Shown: positions 40,765 to 52,171, counted from the first letter of the stretch. The stretch is DNA of 248,000 nucleotides from Wallemia ichthyophaga EXF-994 (GCF_000400465.1 NW_008806284.1:20001-268000), one strand, 5' to 3'. Translations and numbers: made by a program. The notes: generated by a model from the sequence alone, not told the origin.

Positions 40765-43546
40765 TCACTCCTCTTCATCATGCTGGTCATCACGCTTGAA
40801 CAGATCGAGCATCTCATTCAATCCAAGCTTGTTAGACACCGCCTTGCCGCTGAGTGCTGCCTCGGCCAGTTCGCGCTTTTTCTTTTGAAGCTCGAGTATA
40901 CGATCTTCTACAGTCTGCACCACCGTTAATTTGTATATATGCACTTCGCGTTTCTGTCCGAGACGGTGGGCTCTGTCGAAAGCTTGGTCTTCGAGCGCAG
41001 GATTCCACCACATGTCAGACAAAATGACGCGCGAACATATATTCAGATTAAGCCCTGTCGATCCGGCTTTGAAGGATATCAGTATGACTGATGGTGTGTT
41101 AGAGAATCAACTTTTGCACTCAAGCATAAGCGTAAGCATATGCCCTAGCATTGGCACTCCCACCTGTTGTCTTATCATCCGACTTTATCTGATTAAGCAC
41201 AGCCTCGCGTTCGATTGGATTCATAGATCCATCGTATCTTACGTACTTGTAGCCAGCTGCTTTGACGAAGCTTTCAATGATATCGAGGAATGTGACGAAT
41301 TGTGAGAATATGATGGTTTTCTCTGGGGTATTCGTGATTTTGTGGCTGCTATTTTTGTCCTTGTGATTCTTGTGATTCTTTTGATCCTTATGACCGCTCT
41401 TGTTGTCCTTCTTTTCAGTGTCCTTTCTCAATTTCGCTTCCTTCCTTTCCTGCTCCCGATCGTCATCACTTTCACTGAGCACAATCTGCTGACTCTTTTT
41501 CTTCAGGATTGATTTCTTGCTTTTACTCTTCTCGCTTTTCTCGTTCTTCTCAACGCGCTTTCTGTCATCGTCATCCGCCTTTTTTATGTCCATCGACGCT
41601 GTACGCTTGATAATTGTGTCAAGATCGTCATTTTCGCTGCTACTGATATCTATAGCTTTAGACGGGAGGCCAGCCGGATCGAGGCGCGTTTGAGGGGTGT
41701 GTGGAGTGTACGAATCTGTCTGTGTCTGTGTCTTCTGTTGTGATCGCCCTTTGGTGTTTGGTTTAATAGCAGTGCTAGTAGAAGCTGCAGCAACATCAGT
41801 AGCGCTATGCACCTCTTCCAAAATACGCATAATAGCTCTAATCTTTGCACTCTCCACCAACCCCGTCGCATCACCCGACTTATCAACTCCACTACTCCCT
41901 ACTACCTTCGCTTTTCCCTTGTCGATCTGTAGATCCTCATCGACATGCTTCTTCTCACCTACACCTAACCCAGTGAAAAGATCCGCGAGCTCATCCGCCT
42001 CTTTCTCATCCTCCTCTTCCTCCACTTTACCTGGCTGTTGTGACCGCATAGCCGGTTCGTTAGCGACAAAGTCATCCTTGCTGTAAGCGCGCGTGACGAG
42101 ATGTGGATGACAGCAAGCCTGTCTCAAACGGAGCAACAGAGTTAAGACGCTAGTGTACCTGCTATTAATAGCGCCCTCTGTCACGAACTTGCTGATAGTT
42201 TGCTGAGCGCGATCGTGAACGTTATCGTAGAATCTGCGCTCCTCCTCATCGAACAAGCACGCAACATCCGTAACATGCTTCGGGGGTAGTGTGATAAGCG
42301 CCGATCCGTCCTCATTCAAGGTGTTCTTTGTACGTCGCAGCATAACCAATTTGAGAATCAGCTGTAAACGCGCTATCGCCACTTTGACACGGCCACTTTT
42401 CATAGGCGTGCTAATGCGCGTCTTGAACTCGTCATAATGACGAAAAGGCTCTATGCGCAGGAAACGTAGCAACGCATAGAGCTCGTCGACGTTGTTCTGG
42501 ATGGGCGTACCCGTCAGACACCATCTGTAGCATGCAGATAGCCCCGCACATGCTATGCTCGTCTTACTCGTCCGGTTCTTGATGTTCTGTGCTTCGTCGA
42601 GCACAACGCGTTGGAAATTGCCCTCAAAAAGGGCGCAAAGAGGCTTCTTCTGCTTGCCAGTTTTACCCGTTTTGCTTTTGGTACCGCTACTGCTCTTACT
42701 TTTGCTGCCACCTGGCTCCTCACTCTCGTACACGCGGTGCTCAGATGACACCGTCTGGTAGCTCGTTACGACGACATCGTAATTGGCAAAGGCAGCAGCG
42801 TCGCGCGTGCGTGCTGCGCCGTGGTGTGTGAGTACGCGCACGCCGTCGCACTTACTTTTGGCCTCCGTCTCCCACTGCGCCACCACAGCTAGAGGTGCTA
42901 CGATGAGGGTAGTTTTGGACCACTCACGTACAACTTGCTTATCAGAGCTATTGGAGAGGATGAGTGCGAGAGTCTGGACAGTTTTCCCAAGTCCCATCTT
43001 AACGCTGTCAGAGTGAGCGAGTTGGATGTAAAACGCGCAACTCACATCATCAGCTAGAATACCGCCATGCTTATTAGATACGCCACTCTCGCGGTCGCGC
43101 ATCCAAGCTACACCGGCTATCTGGTGCTGGAGAAGGGTGATGTCGGGCATTCCAGGGATAGTTGCGGTGGATGGGAGATCAACATCGTCGTAATCAGCAG
43201 TCACGCCTGAAATGAGCTCGTTGAGGTGTTTGTTCGCCTCGCTGGAAGTCGTCGCCGTCGTCGTGTCTGAGGATGACGGCGTATCTTCTCGCGGGAGCGG
43301 CGTGACTGGGGGCAAGGAAACACTTGCTAGTGGGGGTGGCGATACCTGGTGGACTGCTACACGTGATGCCAATGGTTGTGGCGGGCGGGCGTAAAGGTTC
43401 TTGGATACAGGCGCTGCCCAGCCATTAGGTGCACGCTGTGGTATGCCGTATGTAGGTGGTGGTAGACCTGCTGGACGTGTACTCTGTGTACCTTGTGTGT
43501 TGTGTGTTTTGTGTGCACCGCGTGCGCCCTGGTTACCAGTATACAT
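40765..43546 (-). CDS. SNF2-family ATPase (Rad5/Rad16/Ris1-like)
   Basis: GGILADD..GLGKT, DEAQ, LTGTPIQN, QAFDRAHRLGQ. Confidence 0.9.
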
Positions 43547-43653
43547 GACAGTATCTACTTAAAGACAAAGACACTACCCTGAAAACAAAGCAAATGTGAA
43601 ATAAATTTGTATCAACACGCTCATGACATTCAGATTCATACAAAAAGTATAGC

Positions 43654-44464
43654 TTAAGCCTCGCGAGTTTGTTGAGTACCACGTAACAAACCGGTACGTC
43701 TGGCAGCAATAAGACCAGCCTTTTGACCAGAAGGAGCATCTCTGGCGATGGTAGAGGCGTGACCAATGTGTTGGTGGTTACCACCACCGTGAGGGTGGTC
43801 TACTGGGTTCATGGCAACACCACGAGTACGTGGCCAGCAGTTTCTCTTGACCTTGAACTTGTGGTGAGCGGCACCAGCCTTGAGGAGAGGCTTGTCAATA
43901 CGACCACCACCAGCGACAATACCAATTGAAGCTCTGGATGAACCGACGACAGCCTTCTTAGCACCGGATGGAAGACGGATTCTAGTCTTACCGTCGACCT
44001 CAGAGTGACCGATGATGGTGGCGTAGTTGCCTGAAGCTCTAGCCAATGCACCTCTGTCACCAGACTTCTCCTCAATGTTGCAGATGATGGTACCTTCTGG
44101 CATTTGGGAGACAGGCAAAACGTTACCGACGGCGAGAGCAGCCTTCTTACCGCAGTAGACGAAAGCACCGGTGTAGAGACCTTCGGTAGCGATGAAGGTC
44201 TCGGTACGGAGCTTGTAGCGGTATTGGTCACGGAAAACGACACGAGCCAAAGGAGCACCACGGCCAGCGTCGTGGATGATCTCCTTGACTATACCACGGA
44301 TGTAGCCGTTACGCTCAGCATAGTCGTAAGTACGGAGCTGGGCTGGGGCCTTGTTGTGGTGGGTGTGAGACTGGAAAATACCACCGTTTTTACGCTGCGA
44401 TCTGATGACTCTACCCCTGTTTAAATTGTGAGAATATGTTAGGGCGCCTGAATAAATTTTACAT
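43654..44464 (-). CDS. RPL2: 60S ribosomal protein L2 (uL2)
   Basis: [23 protein letters not shown]. Confidence 0.98.
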
Positions 44465-44619
44465 TTCGTCGACGCTGTGGCTTGAAGCTAAGAGAGAAGG
44501 ATTTTTTAGAGAAGGATAAAAACTGAAAAAATTGAAGGTAAAAAGAGTGAATGGAGAGAGATATAAAAATGAATACAGATACCCATAATAGCCAGCTAAT
44601 TGAGTTGAATATGCGTGTG

Positions 44620-45229
44620 CGTCATGGTTAGTATGGCGTAATCACACCGTTAGAGCTGTTGTGGATATGTGAGTGGTTGTACACTACCAGCACTCCCACC
44701 CACCCTCTCATTGGACCTTGTTCAAATTGAATATTGATTTCTTCAACCAATGGCAATTTATTTGGTGATCTTGCGTAGAGAACGATATTCCCGTCGTTGC
44801 TATGGTATTAGTAGGTGGCTGATTGGAATAAATAGTACTCCCGCGCACCTCATCGTTGGCTGCTGCGTTGAAACTAGATTAGCTTCCTCAATCCCAGGAA
44901 GACGTGGTTTGGCGCCTGTCTGACGACGATGACGCGAGATTGTAAGTGGGTTGCTTTGGACGTATCAATTGAGTTTCATCTCTTCCAATTGCCTCCCATC
45001 TCCGCCCATCAACCCAGAAATGGCGATATCAAGAGATGGAAATGAAGCACTTACACGTCGTAGTTGAGTGAATGCGTTGAGGGCGTTGCGGGCATAGAGT
45101 TTAAACCACTCGTGGTAATATGTGCAGCTGCTGCGATTGCTGGAGGTGTGTCAAGTGGTGTGATGTGAGATGTGTGTGTGTGAGTGTTATCAGTACCCAC
45201 CGATAAAGGGGATCAAGGAGAACATCGAT
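44620..45229 (-). CDS. Small multi-exon secreted hypothetical protein
   Basis: Spliced signal-like start MFSLIPFI|AIAAAA with canonical splice sites; downstream exon structure not resolved. Confidence 0.3.
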
Positions 45230-45307
45230 GTAGCTGATAAAGAAGGAATTTAAATAAAGAAATCAATTTATCAACTTTACATAGACGACGGGGGTGTCTA
45301 GATTGAG

Positions 45308-46498
45308 ATGCTCACAACCATGACGGGGGATCTCAATAGGATCTACAATACGCATAAATCTAAATCAAATGAGAATAAACTCAATAAATACAAAATACTT
45401 GGTTTCTTGTCCTCCGGGACTTACGGGAAGGTGTTCAAGGCAGAGGCTGTAGATGACGCTAATAAGGTCTACGCGATTAAAAAGTTTAAACCTGATAATC
45501 AGTTGTTCATGGGAATATCTCAGTCTGCTATTCGAGAAATCAGCTTGAATAGCGAGATTAACAGCGAAAATTTGGCAAAGTTAGTCGAAGTGCTGCTCAT
45601 GGATGGAGCTATCTACATGATATTCGAATACGCAGAGCATGATTTACTACAAATCATTTATCATCACTCTCAAATTGTTAGAAATGATATTGATCCACTC
45701 GTACTGAAATCATTCCTTTACCAGCTAACAAATGGTGTACACTACTTGCACTCAAACTTTATCATCCACAGAGACCTCAAGCCTGCCAATATCCTCGTCA
45801 CAAACACTGGGGTTGTTAAGGTTGGTGATTTGGGTTTAGCTAGGGTGTTTAAGGCTCCCCTACAGCCACTCTACAACGGCGACAAAGTCGTTGTTACTAT
45901 TTGGTACAGATCCCCCGAGCTTCTCCTAGGCACACGTCACTATACGCCTGCCATTGATATTTGGGCTATTGGCTGCATATACGCTGAAATGCTATCTTTA
46001 CGTCCATTATTCAAAGGTGATGAAGTCAGGCTGGATAACAAGAAATTGCCCTTCCAATCGCATCAAATGATCTGCATTATGGACTTGCTAGGTTTCCCAA
46101 ACACGACTAGATACCCAGACATAAAAAACCTGCCTGACTACAACGAGTTGATGCAATTCAATCCCCAACAATTCTCCTATAAACTCAATCACTGGTTTGC
46201 ACAGCGATCCAACTCACTCCAAGGATTCGATCTGCTTGATAAGATGTTACAGTATGACCCGACACAGCGACTGAGCGCCAAAGACGCGCTCAACCATCCA
46301 TTCTTCACCACCGAACAACCCCAACCTCTTTCAGCCCCACTTGCAACACACAGCGAGAATATCTACCCAACGCGGCGCGTCACACACGACGGCGAGCTCG
46401 ATGGGCTTAGTAGCCAGCACAGTGGTGTCTCGGGCGCAGGCGCAGGAGGTGGAAGTGCGCAGAGTGGTCCATCACGCAAGCGAAGTCGGTTAGTGTAA
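45308..46498 (+). CDS. SSN3: Mediator kinase CDK8/Srb10
   Basis: GISQSAIREI, HRDLKPAN, DKVVVTIWYRSPELLLG. Confidence 0.93.
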   Translation: MLTTMTGDLNRIYNTHKSKSNENKLNKYKILGFLSSGTYGKVFKAEAVDDANKVYAIKKFKPDNQLFMGISQSAIREISLNSEINSENLAKLVEVLLMDGAIYMIFEYAEHDLLQIIYHHSQIVRNDIDPLVLKSFLYQLTNGVHYLHSNFIIHRDLKPANILVTNTGVVKVGDLGLARVFKAPLQPLYNGDKVVVTIWYRSPELLLGTRHYTPAIDIWAIGCIYAEMLSLRPLFKGDEVRLDNKKLPFQSHQMICIMDLLGFPNTTRYPDIKNLPDYNELMQFNPQQFSYKLNHWFAQRSNSLQGFDLLDKMLQYDPTQRLSAKDALNHPFFTTEQPQPLSAPLATHSENIYPTRRVTHDGELDGLSSQHSGVSGAGAGGGSAQSGPSRKRSRLV

Positions 46499-46532
46499 TA
46501 AAGTGTATTTTAATATGACCACATGATATATC

Positions 46533-47459
46533 TTGATCTTCACCACCACCACACGCTGCACACAACTCAAACGCATGTCGAACAACCCCGTCTACACATA
46601 TCACGAAAAACAGCACTTCAATCTCGGTGGTAACTCGCGTAAGCGTAAGATCGGGATTGAGTCGCTGCGCCGATTCGACCATTGTGCGCTATGCCTCGGC
46701 GTAGCACGCGAGGCGACGAGTACCCCGAGGGGAATTATATACTGTAAAGAGTGCATATATGCGGATCTGTTAGCGCAAAAGCAGGAGATAAAGGCTGCGA
46801 AAACCACCCTGAAGCAGCTCAAGCAGGCGCAGAAGGATGGTTCAGCAAGACGAGCAGAAATTAGCAAACAGGGAAATGTGGAGAGGTTCGATAAGGCGCA
46901 GAAGCTGGGTGGGGACAATTCACAATCTCAATCGCAATCGCAACCAAACTCAAGCTCACAATCTCACCCCACTCTACCCAGCTTTTGGCTGTCTTCTCTC
47001 CAGCCTAACATCAGCGATGAGCAGAATATTGCTGATCGGATACGCGCGTTAGAGGCCCAGAAGATGGTGACTCTCTGTCGACAGGCTACCCCTCCTCATC
47101 CACTCACACTCAAGGATCTCACGCCTGTCAAGATTAAGTACACTGACAGCGCACGCGATGTTGCTGTGTGCAGTGGATGCAATAGGACACTTAACAATTC
47201 AACTAGAATGCTTCTCACTAAATCTTGTCATAATCTTCTCTGCGGCTATTGCATAGACACTCTCTACACACCATCGCAGCAGTGCCCTGTATGCGATGAA
47301 AAGGTTGATACAAATCCAGACGATTTGATTAGGATATCCGTTGAAGGTTGGCTATTTCATTTGATTCTATTCACTCACTCACACCTTCCAGGCACCGGTT
47401 TCGCTGGTGGTGGCGGTGTTATGCTCAAGAAGAGAACAGGAACACTCGGGCTCAATTAG
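46533..47459 (+). CDS. NOSIP-like RING/U-box protein
   Basis: SLRRFDHCALCL, C-terminal C..C...C.H..C..C...CPVC. Confidence 0.85.
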   Translation: MIFTTTTRCTQLKRMSNNPVYTYHEKQHFNLGGNSRKRKIGIESLRRFDHCALCLGVAREATSTPRGIIYCKECIYADLLAQKQEIKAAKTTLKQLKQAQKDGSARRAEISKQGNVERFDKAQKLGGDNSQSQSQSQPNSSSQSHPTLPSFWLSSLQPNISDEQNIADRIRALEAQKMVTLCRQATPPHPLTLKDLTPVKIKYTDSARDVAVCSGCNRTLNNSTRMLLTKSCHNLLCGYCIDTLYTPSQQCPVCDEKVDTNPDDLIRISVEGWLFHLILFTHSHLPGTGFAGGGGVMLKKRTGTLGLN

Positions 47460-47573
47460 TTTGCTAATGTGTATTATTTATATAGAGTACATTTCTCGTT
47501 GCATCGCTTTCATGTCCTGTTTTCTTGCATTAGCTAACGCGCCAACGCACCATACACACCCCAGTTACACCAG

Positions 47574-47643
47574 TGTATCAGTAAAAGCGTTTAAAGTTTG
47601 ACTTCATGTGTTTGCAGAGATTGTTCACAATACCATCATGTTG
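47574..47643 (-). ncRNA. Box C/D snoRNA, LSU A-loop guide (copy 2)
   Basis: Minus strand ATGATGG (box C)...GTGAACAATC...ATGAAG (C')...CTGA (box D); lies in an intron. Confidence 0.65.
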
Positions 47644-47786
47644 TGTGCGCTGTGGGGTGTGCTGGATGTACACAAACCCACCTCATTGTCTCATCACCAT
47701 ATTTCGTTAACGTTTACTGGAAATTCCTGTCTTGGTCGTTTGTTAGTTGGGTTCAAAACGTCCCTCAGACTCCGCGACCGCTCTTC

Positions 47787-47860
47787 AATGTCAGCGAATA
47801 AGCGTTATAAAGAGTTGACTTCATGTGTTTGCAGAGATTGTTCACAAAACCATCATTCGA
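47787..47860 (-). ncRNA. Box C/D snoRNA, LSU A-loop guide (copy 1)
   Basis: Paralog of 47574-47643; GTGAACAATC is complementary to conserved LSU GAUUGUUCAC; lies in an intron. Confidence 0.65.
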
Positions 47861-47954
47861 GAGAGCGGTCTGGATTCTGAATAAATTGTACTCACCAATT
47901 GCGTTAGTTTTGCTTCTCAGTTACACCAACTCCTTCGCTCTCCACACATGATTA

Positions 47955-48032
47955 CATTTCAGTTAGAGCTAATACATTTTATCCCTCCTCTTCTCAATGA
48001 GAATCGAGTGATAATAACTTTTCATCCTTGTA
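47955..48032 (-). ncRNA. Box C/D snoRNA with 18S rRNA guide
   Basis: AGGATGA...ATGTATTAGCTCTA-A-CTGA; 14 nt complementary to conserved 18S UAGAGCUAAUACAU. Confidence 0.7.
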
Positions 48033-48156
48033 AACGAGTGTGGAGTCGTCGAAGAAAGTGATAAAGCAATGGTAAAACTAACTTACATCTTCATCCTAAA
48101 AACGATAATTAGCAAGAACACTAATAATAACACCACGCAAGACACCATCACAAACA

Positions 48157-48258
48157 CCCTCAGAGAGAAGATTTATCCCTGATAATGTCGGTCATCAATC
48201 CGCGAGTGATGAATCACACCAGAAATCCCCACAAGAATGAATAGCGATTATCATCTTG
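48157..48258 (-). ncRNA. Box C/D RNA, mgU6-47-like U6 snRNA guide
   Basis: ATGATAA...TTGATGA (C')...AATCTTCTCT-CTGA; guide complementary to U6 AGAGAAGAUU. Confidence 0.6.
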
Positions 48259-48314
48259 GAGTGAGACTAGCGAGTGGTGTCTAGCGTGAGGTGTGAATTG
48301 CACTCACATTGCAA

Positions 48315-49230
48315 CTAGACATCTTTCACGATTGGTGAGTTGTAACGCTGTGCGTAGCCAGTCCAGCTTTCATCGTAAATGGAGCTATGACCTCCAATAA
48401 CTTCCAGGGCAAGAGCTACGATCGCGGCTGTCATCCCTGAGCCGCAACTAGTAATGACATCTTTCTTCCCTTCGAGGACCATATCCAGCTGCTGCTTTCC
48501 GAGTGTATTTTCAAACACCGCACGAAGCTCTTCAGGGCTCTTAAGCTGGCCATCCTGAAGCAATTGGGGAAAAGCGAGCGAGAGAGCACCAGGCATATGA
48601 CCCGACGACAGGCCCTGTCTGGGTTCAGGCGCCGCGCCCGCAAAGCGAGGCTGCGGACGAGCATCGAGTATGACGCTATCTTTACGCTCAATGGTGTTGA
48701 GAATATCTATGTGGTCCTTGATAAAGTTCTTCTCCAGTGTAGGTACGGGGTACTCTGAGCGTTGGGAAACATACTCTCCCGACTCTACAGGTAAACCTTC
48801 CCTCTCATAGGCTGGGAGACCACCGTCGAGGACAGCGACATTTGGATGACCCATTGCGCGAAAGGTGAAAGCAGCGCGTGGAGCGCTAAAAACACCGACT
48901 GTGTCATAGAGGAGGACTTGAGAGTTGCGCTCAATTCCCAATTGGGAACACGCTGATGCAAAAATTGCAGGTGAGGGGAGCATATGACCGACAAAGCCAT
49001 CTGGGTGGTTCGAAGCAATTTTGTCGAGATCCCAACGCCTTGCTTGAGGGAGGTGCTTGGAGAGGTACTCGTCGTTTGGGTTGCGCGCGCTGTTAGGCAT
49101 GTGCCACGAAGCATCCTGGCAGAGATGAGCGTGAGCAAGAGCAGAGACCATCTCAGCTGCTCAGCTTGCTCACCAACGCAATGAAGTGCTTGAGGTCGCG
49201 CAGCTGGCGTGCTTTGACAATTCTCGTAGT
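48315..49230 (-). CDS. TUM1: Thiosulfate/3-mercaptopyruvate sulfurtransferase (rhodanese)
   Basis: DASWHMP, LDARP..RF.G...EPR, TSCGSGMTA, YDESWT. Confidence 0.92.
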
Positions 49231-49284
49231 CATCGTCGTTGCAGTTCAAGAAGCTTTTCTTGATTTTCTGTCAAATAACTTGAA

Positions 49285-50355
49285 ATGGAAAATAAAAAGT
49301 TGAACTTTGCAATCGCTAAATACCTCAAAAGCGCACAAGCTGGGTTAAGCGGCGAGAAGCAGGAATCACTCAGCGTTGCAATTGAGTCGTTGGAGGATGT
49401 CTTCGAGGTGGATGACACGCAGGCAGGTGCTTTGGATAGCCCAGTGGATTTGGCAGCCTTGTTCAAGAGTGCGCAAGTCGCTGAGAAGCCACAAGCAGCA
49501 GCTGGGCCAGCTAACCAATCAGAGCCATCCGCTCAAGACATGGCCAAAGCAGACACACTCAAGGCTCAAGGCAATGCCCTCATGTCTGCGCAGAAGTACC
49601 AAGAAGCTGTAGACGCTTACACCCAAGCTATAGCCCTGCACTCCACCAACAAGATTCTCTATTCGTACGTGTACACTTCCTTCTAGAATGTACCCTGCTC
49701 ACTTGCTCACAGCAACAGAGCAGCTGCGTACTCGCAGGCTGGTGACCAAGACGCATCCATCGCAGACGCTAAGAAGGCACTCGAAATTGACCCGGCTTTC
49801 GCCAGAGCGTACTCGAGATTAGGTCACGCGTACTTCAACGCTAAGCAGTACGATAATGCCGTCAGCGCATATGAGGATGGTCTCAAGTATGATACCGACA
49901 ATCAGACCATGAAGTCTAGCCTCATCACCGCTAGATCCAAGGTAGGCGGCTCTGTTCAACAGAGAGAATCTCAGGATGCCGGCGCAGGTGCTGGTGCTGG
50001 TGCTGGTGCTGGCGGTGGTGGTATGCCTGATCTCTCAGCTCTCGCAGGCATGTTTGGCGGCGCTGGCGGTGGTGCTGGCGGCGGCGGCGGCGGCGGTATG
50101 CCTGATATCGGTGCTTTACTCAATAACCCAATGATGCGCCAGATGGCTCAATCGATGATGTCCAACGGCGGTATGGAGAGACTTATGTCTAACCCTGGTC
50201 TCAGGAACATGGCGGAGAACATGAGAAGTGGTGGACAGATGCCATCCATCGAGGAGTTGGCAGGTAACCCCGAACTCAGAGGTCTCGCTGAGTCTTTCGG
50301 TGCTGGTGGTGCTGGTGGTGCTGGCCAAGGCAATCCTCCACCAGGCAATGCTTAA
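49285..50355 (+). CDS. SGT2: TPR co-chaperone Sgt2
   Basis: N-terminal dimerisation domain ESLSVAIESL, TPR repeats, M/G-rich C-terminus. Confidence 0.9.
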
Positions 50356-50403
50356 TTTCCATTAAATAAAGGTTTATTAGTAAAGATATCTATATGTATA
50401 CAT

Positions 50404-51750
50404 CTATTCATCATCTTCCTCCTCTTTCTCCTCCTCTTCTTGCTCCTGCTCCTGCTCACTCTCATTCTCCTGTACGTCTTGGTCTTCACTCTCTTCTGCA
50501 TCTCCCTCATCTTCATAGCCCGCACTGGCAACATCAAGACATGTGAGTCTGGTGCCCTTTGTGTTATATGCCGCGACACACTCCAACTGCACCTGCTTGC
50601 TTGACTTTGTGAGCGCACTCAGATCGAAAGCTCTTACGAATCCATCCGATGAGATAGTGATAGCGAGTAGTAAGTCAGCCACCAATCCAAACCTGACACT
50701 CTTGATGCGGTTTTGGTGACCTACCAGCTCAGCCACGAAAGCACTCTCTTCACCCTCTTTAATTGCATAAAGCAGCACCCTCTTGTCCTCGCTTGCAACG
50801 GCAAAAAACTCAACACCATCGTCAAATCCCTGTGATTTGAGTGGTCTAGCGAAGCCAATGTCATTGAACTTAGTTGTCAATTTAGCTGGCAGCCATGGTA
50901 AAGGAGGGAGCAATTCGAAACCCTGCGTATTTCTCATCTCAACATGTTGTTTGAACATGATTGCGATTATGTTCCCAGATTTACTAAACTTGACCACTTC
51001 CGGATTACCTTTGCGACCCTCAATACCTAATTTCGTGCCTGCGATTCTACCAACATGGCCAGCTTGTCTATTCGACTCCTTCGAGTTCTTGCCCAATCTC
51101 CACAGCTGTCCCATTCTGTCGCTGCCGACAGTCATTGCGAAGCCTCCCTTAGGATGCACAGCTGCTGAGTCTACGCTACCCTTGTGAGCGCGGAATGACT
51201 TAAGCAGCTCCCATTCACCGCATTTAAAGATATATATGTTCGAGTGCGTCGTACCGATTACGAGGTGGGCATGATTGACGAAAGACATTGTGAGTGGAGT
51301 GCCTGTGTGGAGTGTGTTAGCCGTGCTAGTCTTGCTAACTGTGTCTGCTGCAGTCGTAAGACCGCGCAATGTCGCACCTTCTGTACCAGTCAAAGAACCG
51401 ACTTCGACTCTTCTGCGTACATCCCACACTTTGATAGACTCGTCAGTACCTCCGGTAATAAGCCACTTGCCGCCCTTAGATGAGCCTGGCGGCGGCGGTG
51501 ATAGCGCGACGCTCTTGATACACGTGATGTGCGCAGGGAACATAAACAGCGGCTTGAATTGGAGCTTGCCAGCTTGCATGCGTAAATTGAATCCATACAG
51601 CAACCGCTCGTAGCTCCCTACGGCAACATTCACGCTCACTGGGCCACTTGCAGCTTTTTTGGCTTCAGGATTCTGAATTTTCGCACTTTTCGTTGGCACG
51701 TCACTGGCAGCCTGGTTCTGTTGAAATCTAGCTCTCTTTTGCCCGCCCAT
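50404..51750 (-). CDS. MAK11: 60S biogenesis WD40 protein Mak11/PAK1IP1
   Basis: VGSYERLLYG, PAHITCIK, GHQNRIK. Confidence 0.85.
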   Translation of the reverse strand: MGGQKRARFQQNQAASDVPTKSAKIQNPEAKKAASGPVSVNVAVGSYERLLYGFNLRMQAGKLQFKPLFMFPAHITCIKSVALSPPPPGSSKGGKWLITGGTDESIKVWDVRRRVEVGSLTGTEGATLRGLTTAADTVSKTSTANTLHTGTPLTMSFVNHAHLVIGTTHSNIYIFKCGEWELLKSFRAHKGSVDSAAVHPKGGFAMTVGSDRMGQLWRLGKNSKESNRQAGHVGRIAGTKLGIEGRKGNPEVVKFSKSGNIIAIMFKQHVEMRNTQGFELLPPLPWLPAKLTTKFNDIGFARPLKSQGFDDGVEFFAVASEDKRVLLYAIKEGEESAFVAELVGHQNRIKSVRFGLVADLLLAITISSDGFVRAFDLSALTKSSKQVQLECVAAYNTKGTRLTCLDVASAGYEDEGDAEESEDQDVQENESEQEQEQEEEEKEEEDDE

Positions 51751-52171
51751 TTATGCACTCTGCTGATCGTTGAGAGGAAGGAAGAGGAAGATTCTCCAGA
51801 TTACATCATAACAGAGTGACGAGTTAATCAATCTAGATTTAGCACTCTCTGAGCTACTTATATCCTTGCCAAGTATTGTAGCGGTCTATTACAGCTTAAA
51901 ATAGTAGCTCAAAATTTGCACATTCCTCGGATACTGCAGTCTTCAACAATCGGGATGTCCCCAAGCCTTTACTGACATGGGACTTGCTAAATTCACGTAA
52001 TACCAGTAACCACGGGCATTTCCCAGCGTGTGCCTCGTTCGTGCTGGAATTAAAGACACCATACATGCATTAAGCGAAGTATCTTCTATAAATAATACAT
52101 CCAAAAATAAATACATTGCACATATAAAGCCGCATTGCGGTCATTACCTCCCTTTTTCATTCTATCTTCCT

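Noticed and set aside
47574-47860. 33-bp direct repeat resembling a CRISPR repeat
   Set aside because: Only two copies, in a eukaryotic context with no cas genes; better explained as paralogous box C/D snoRNAs.
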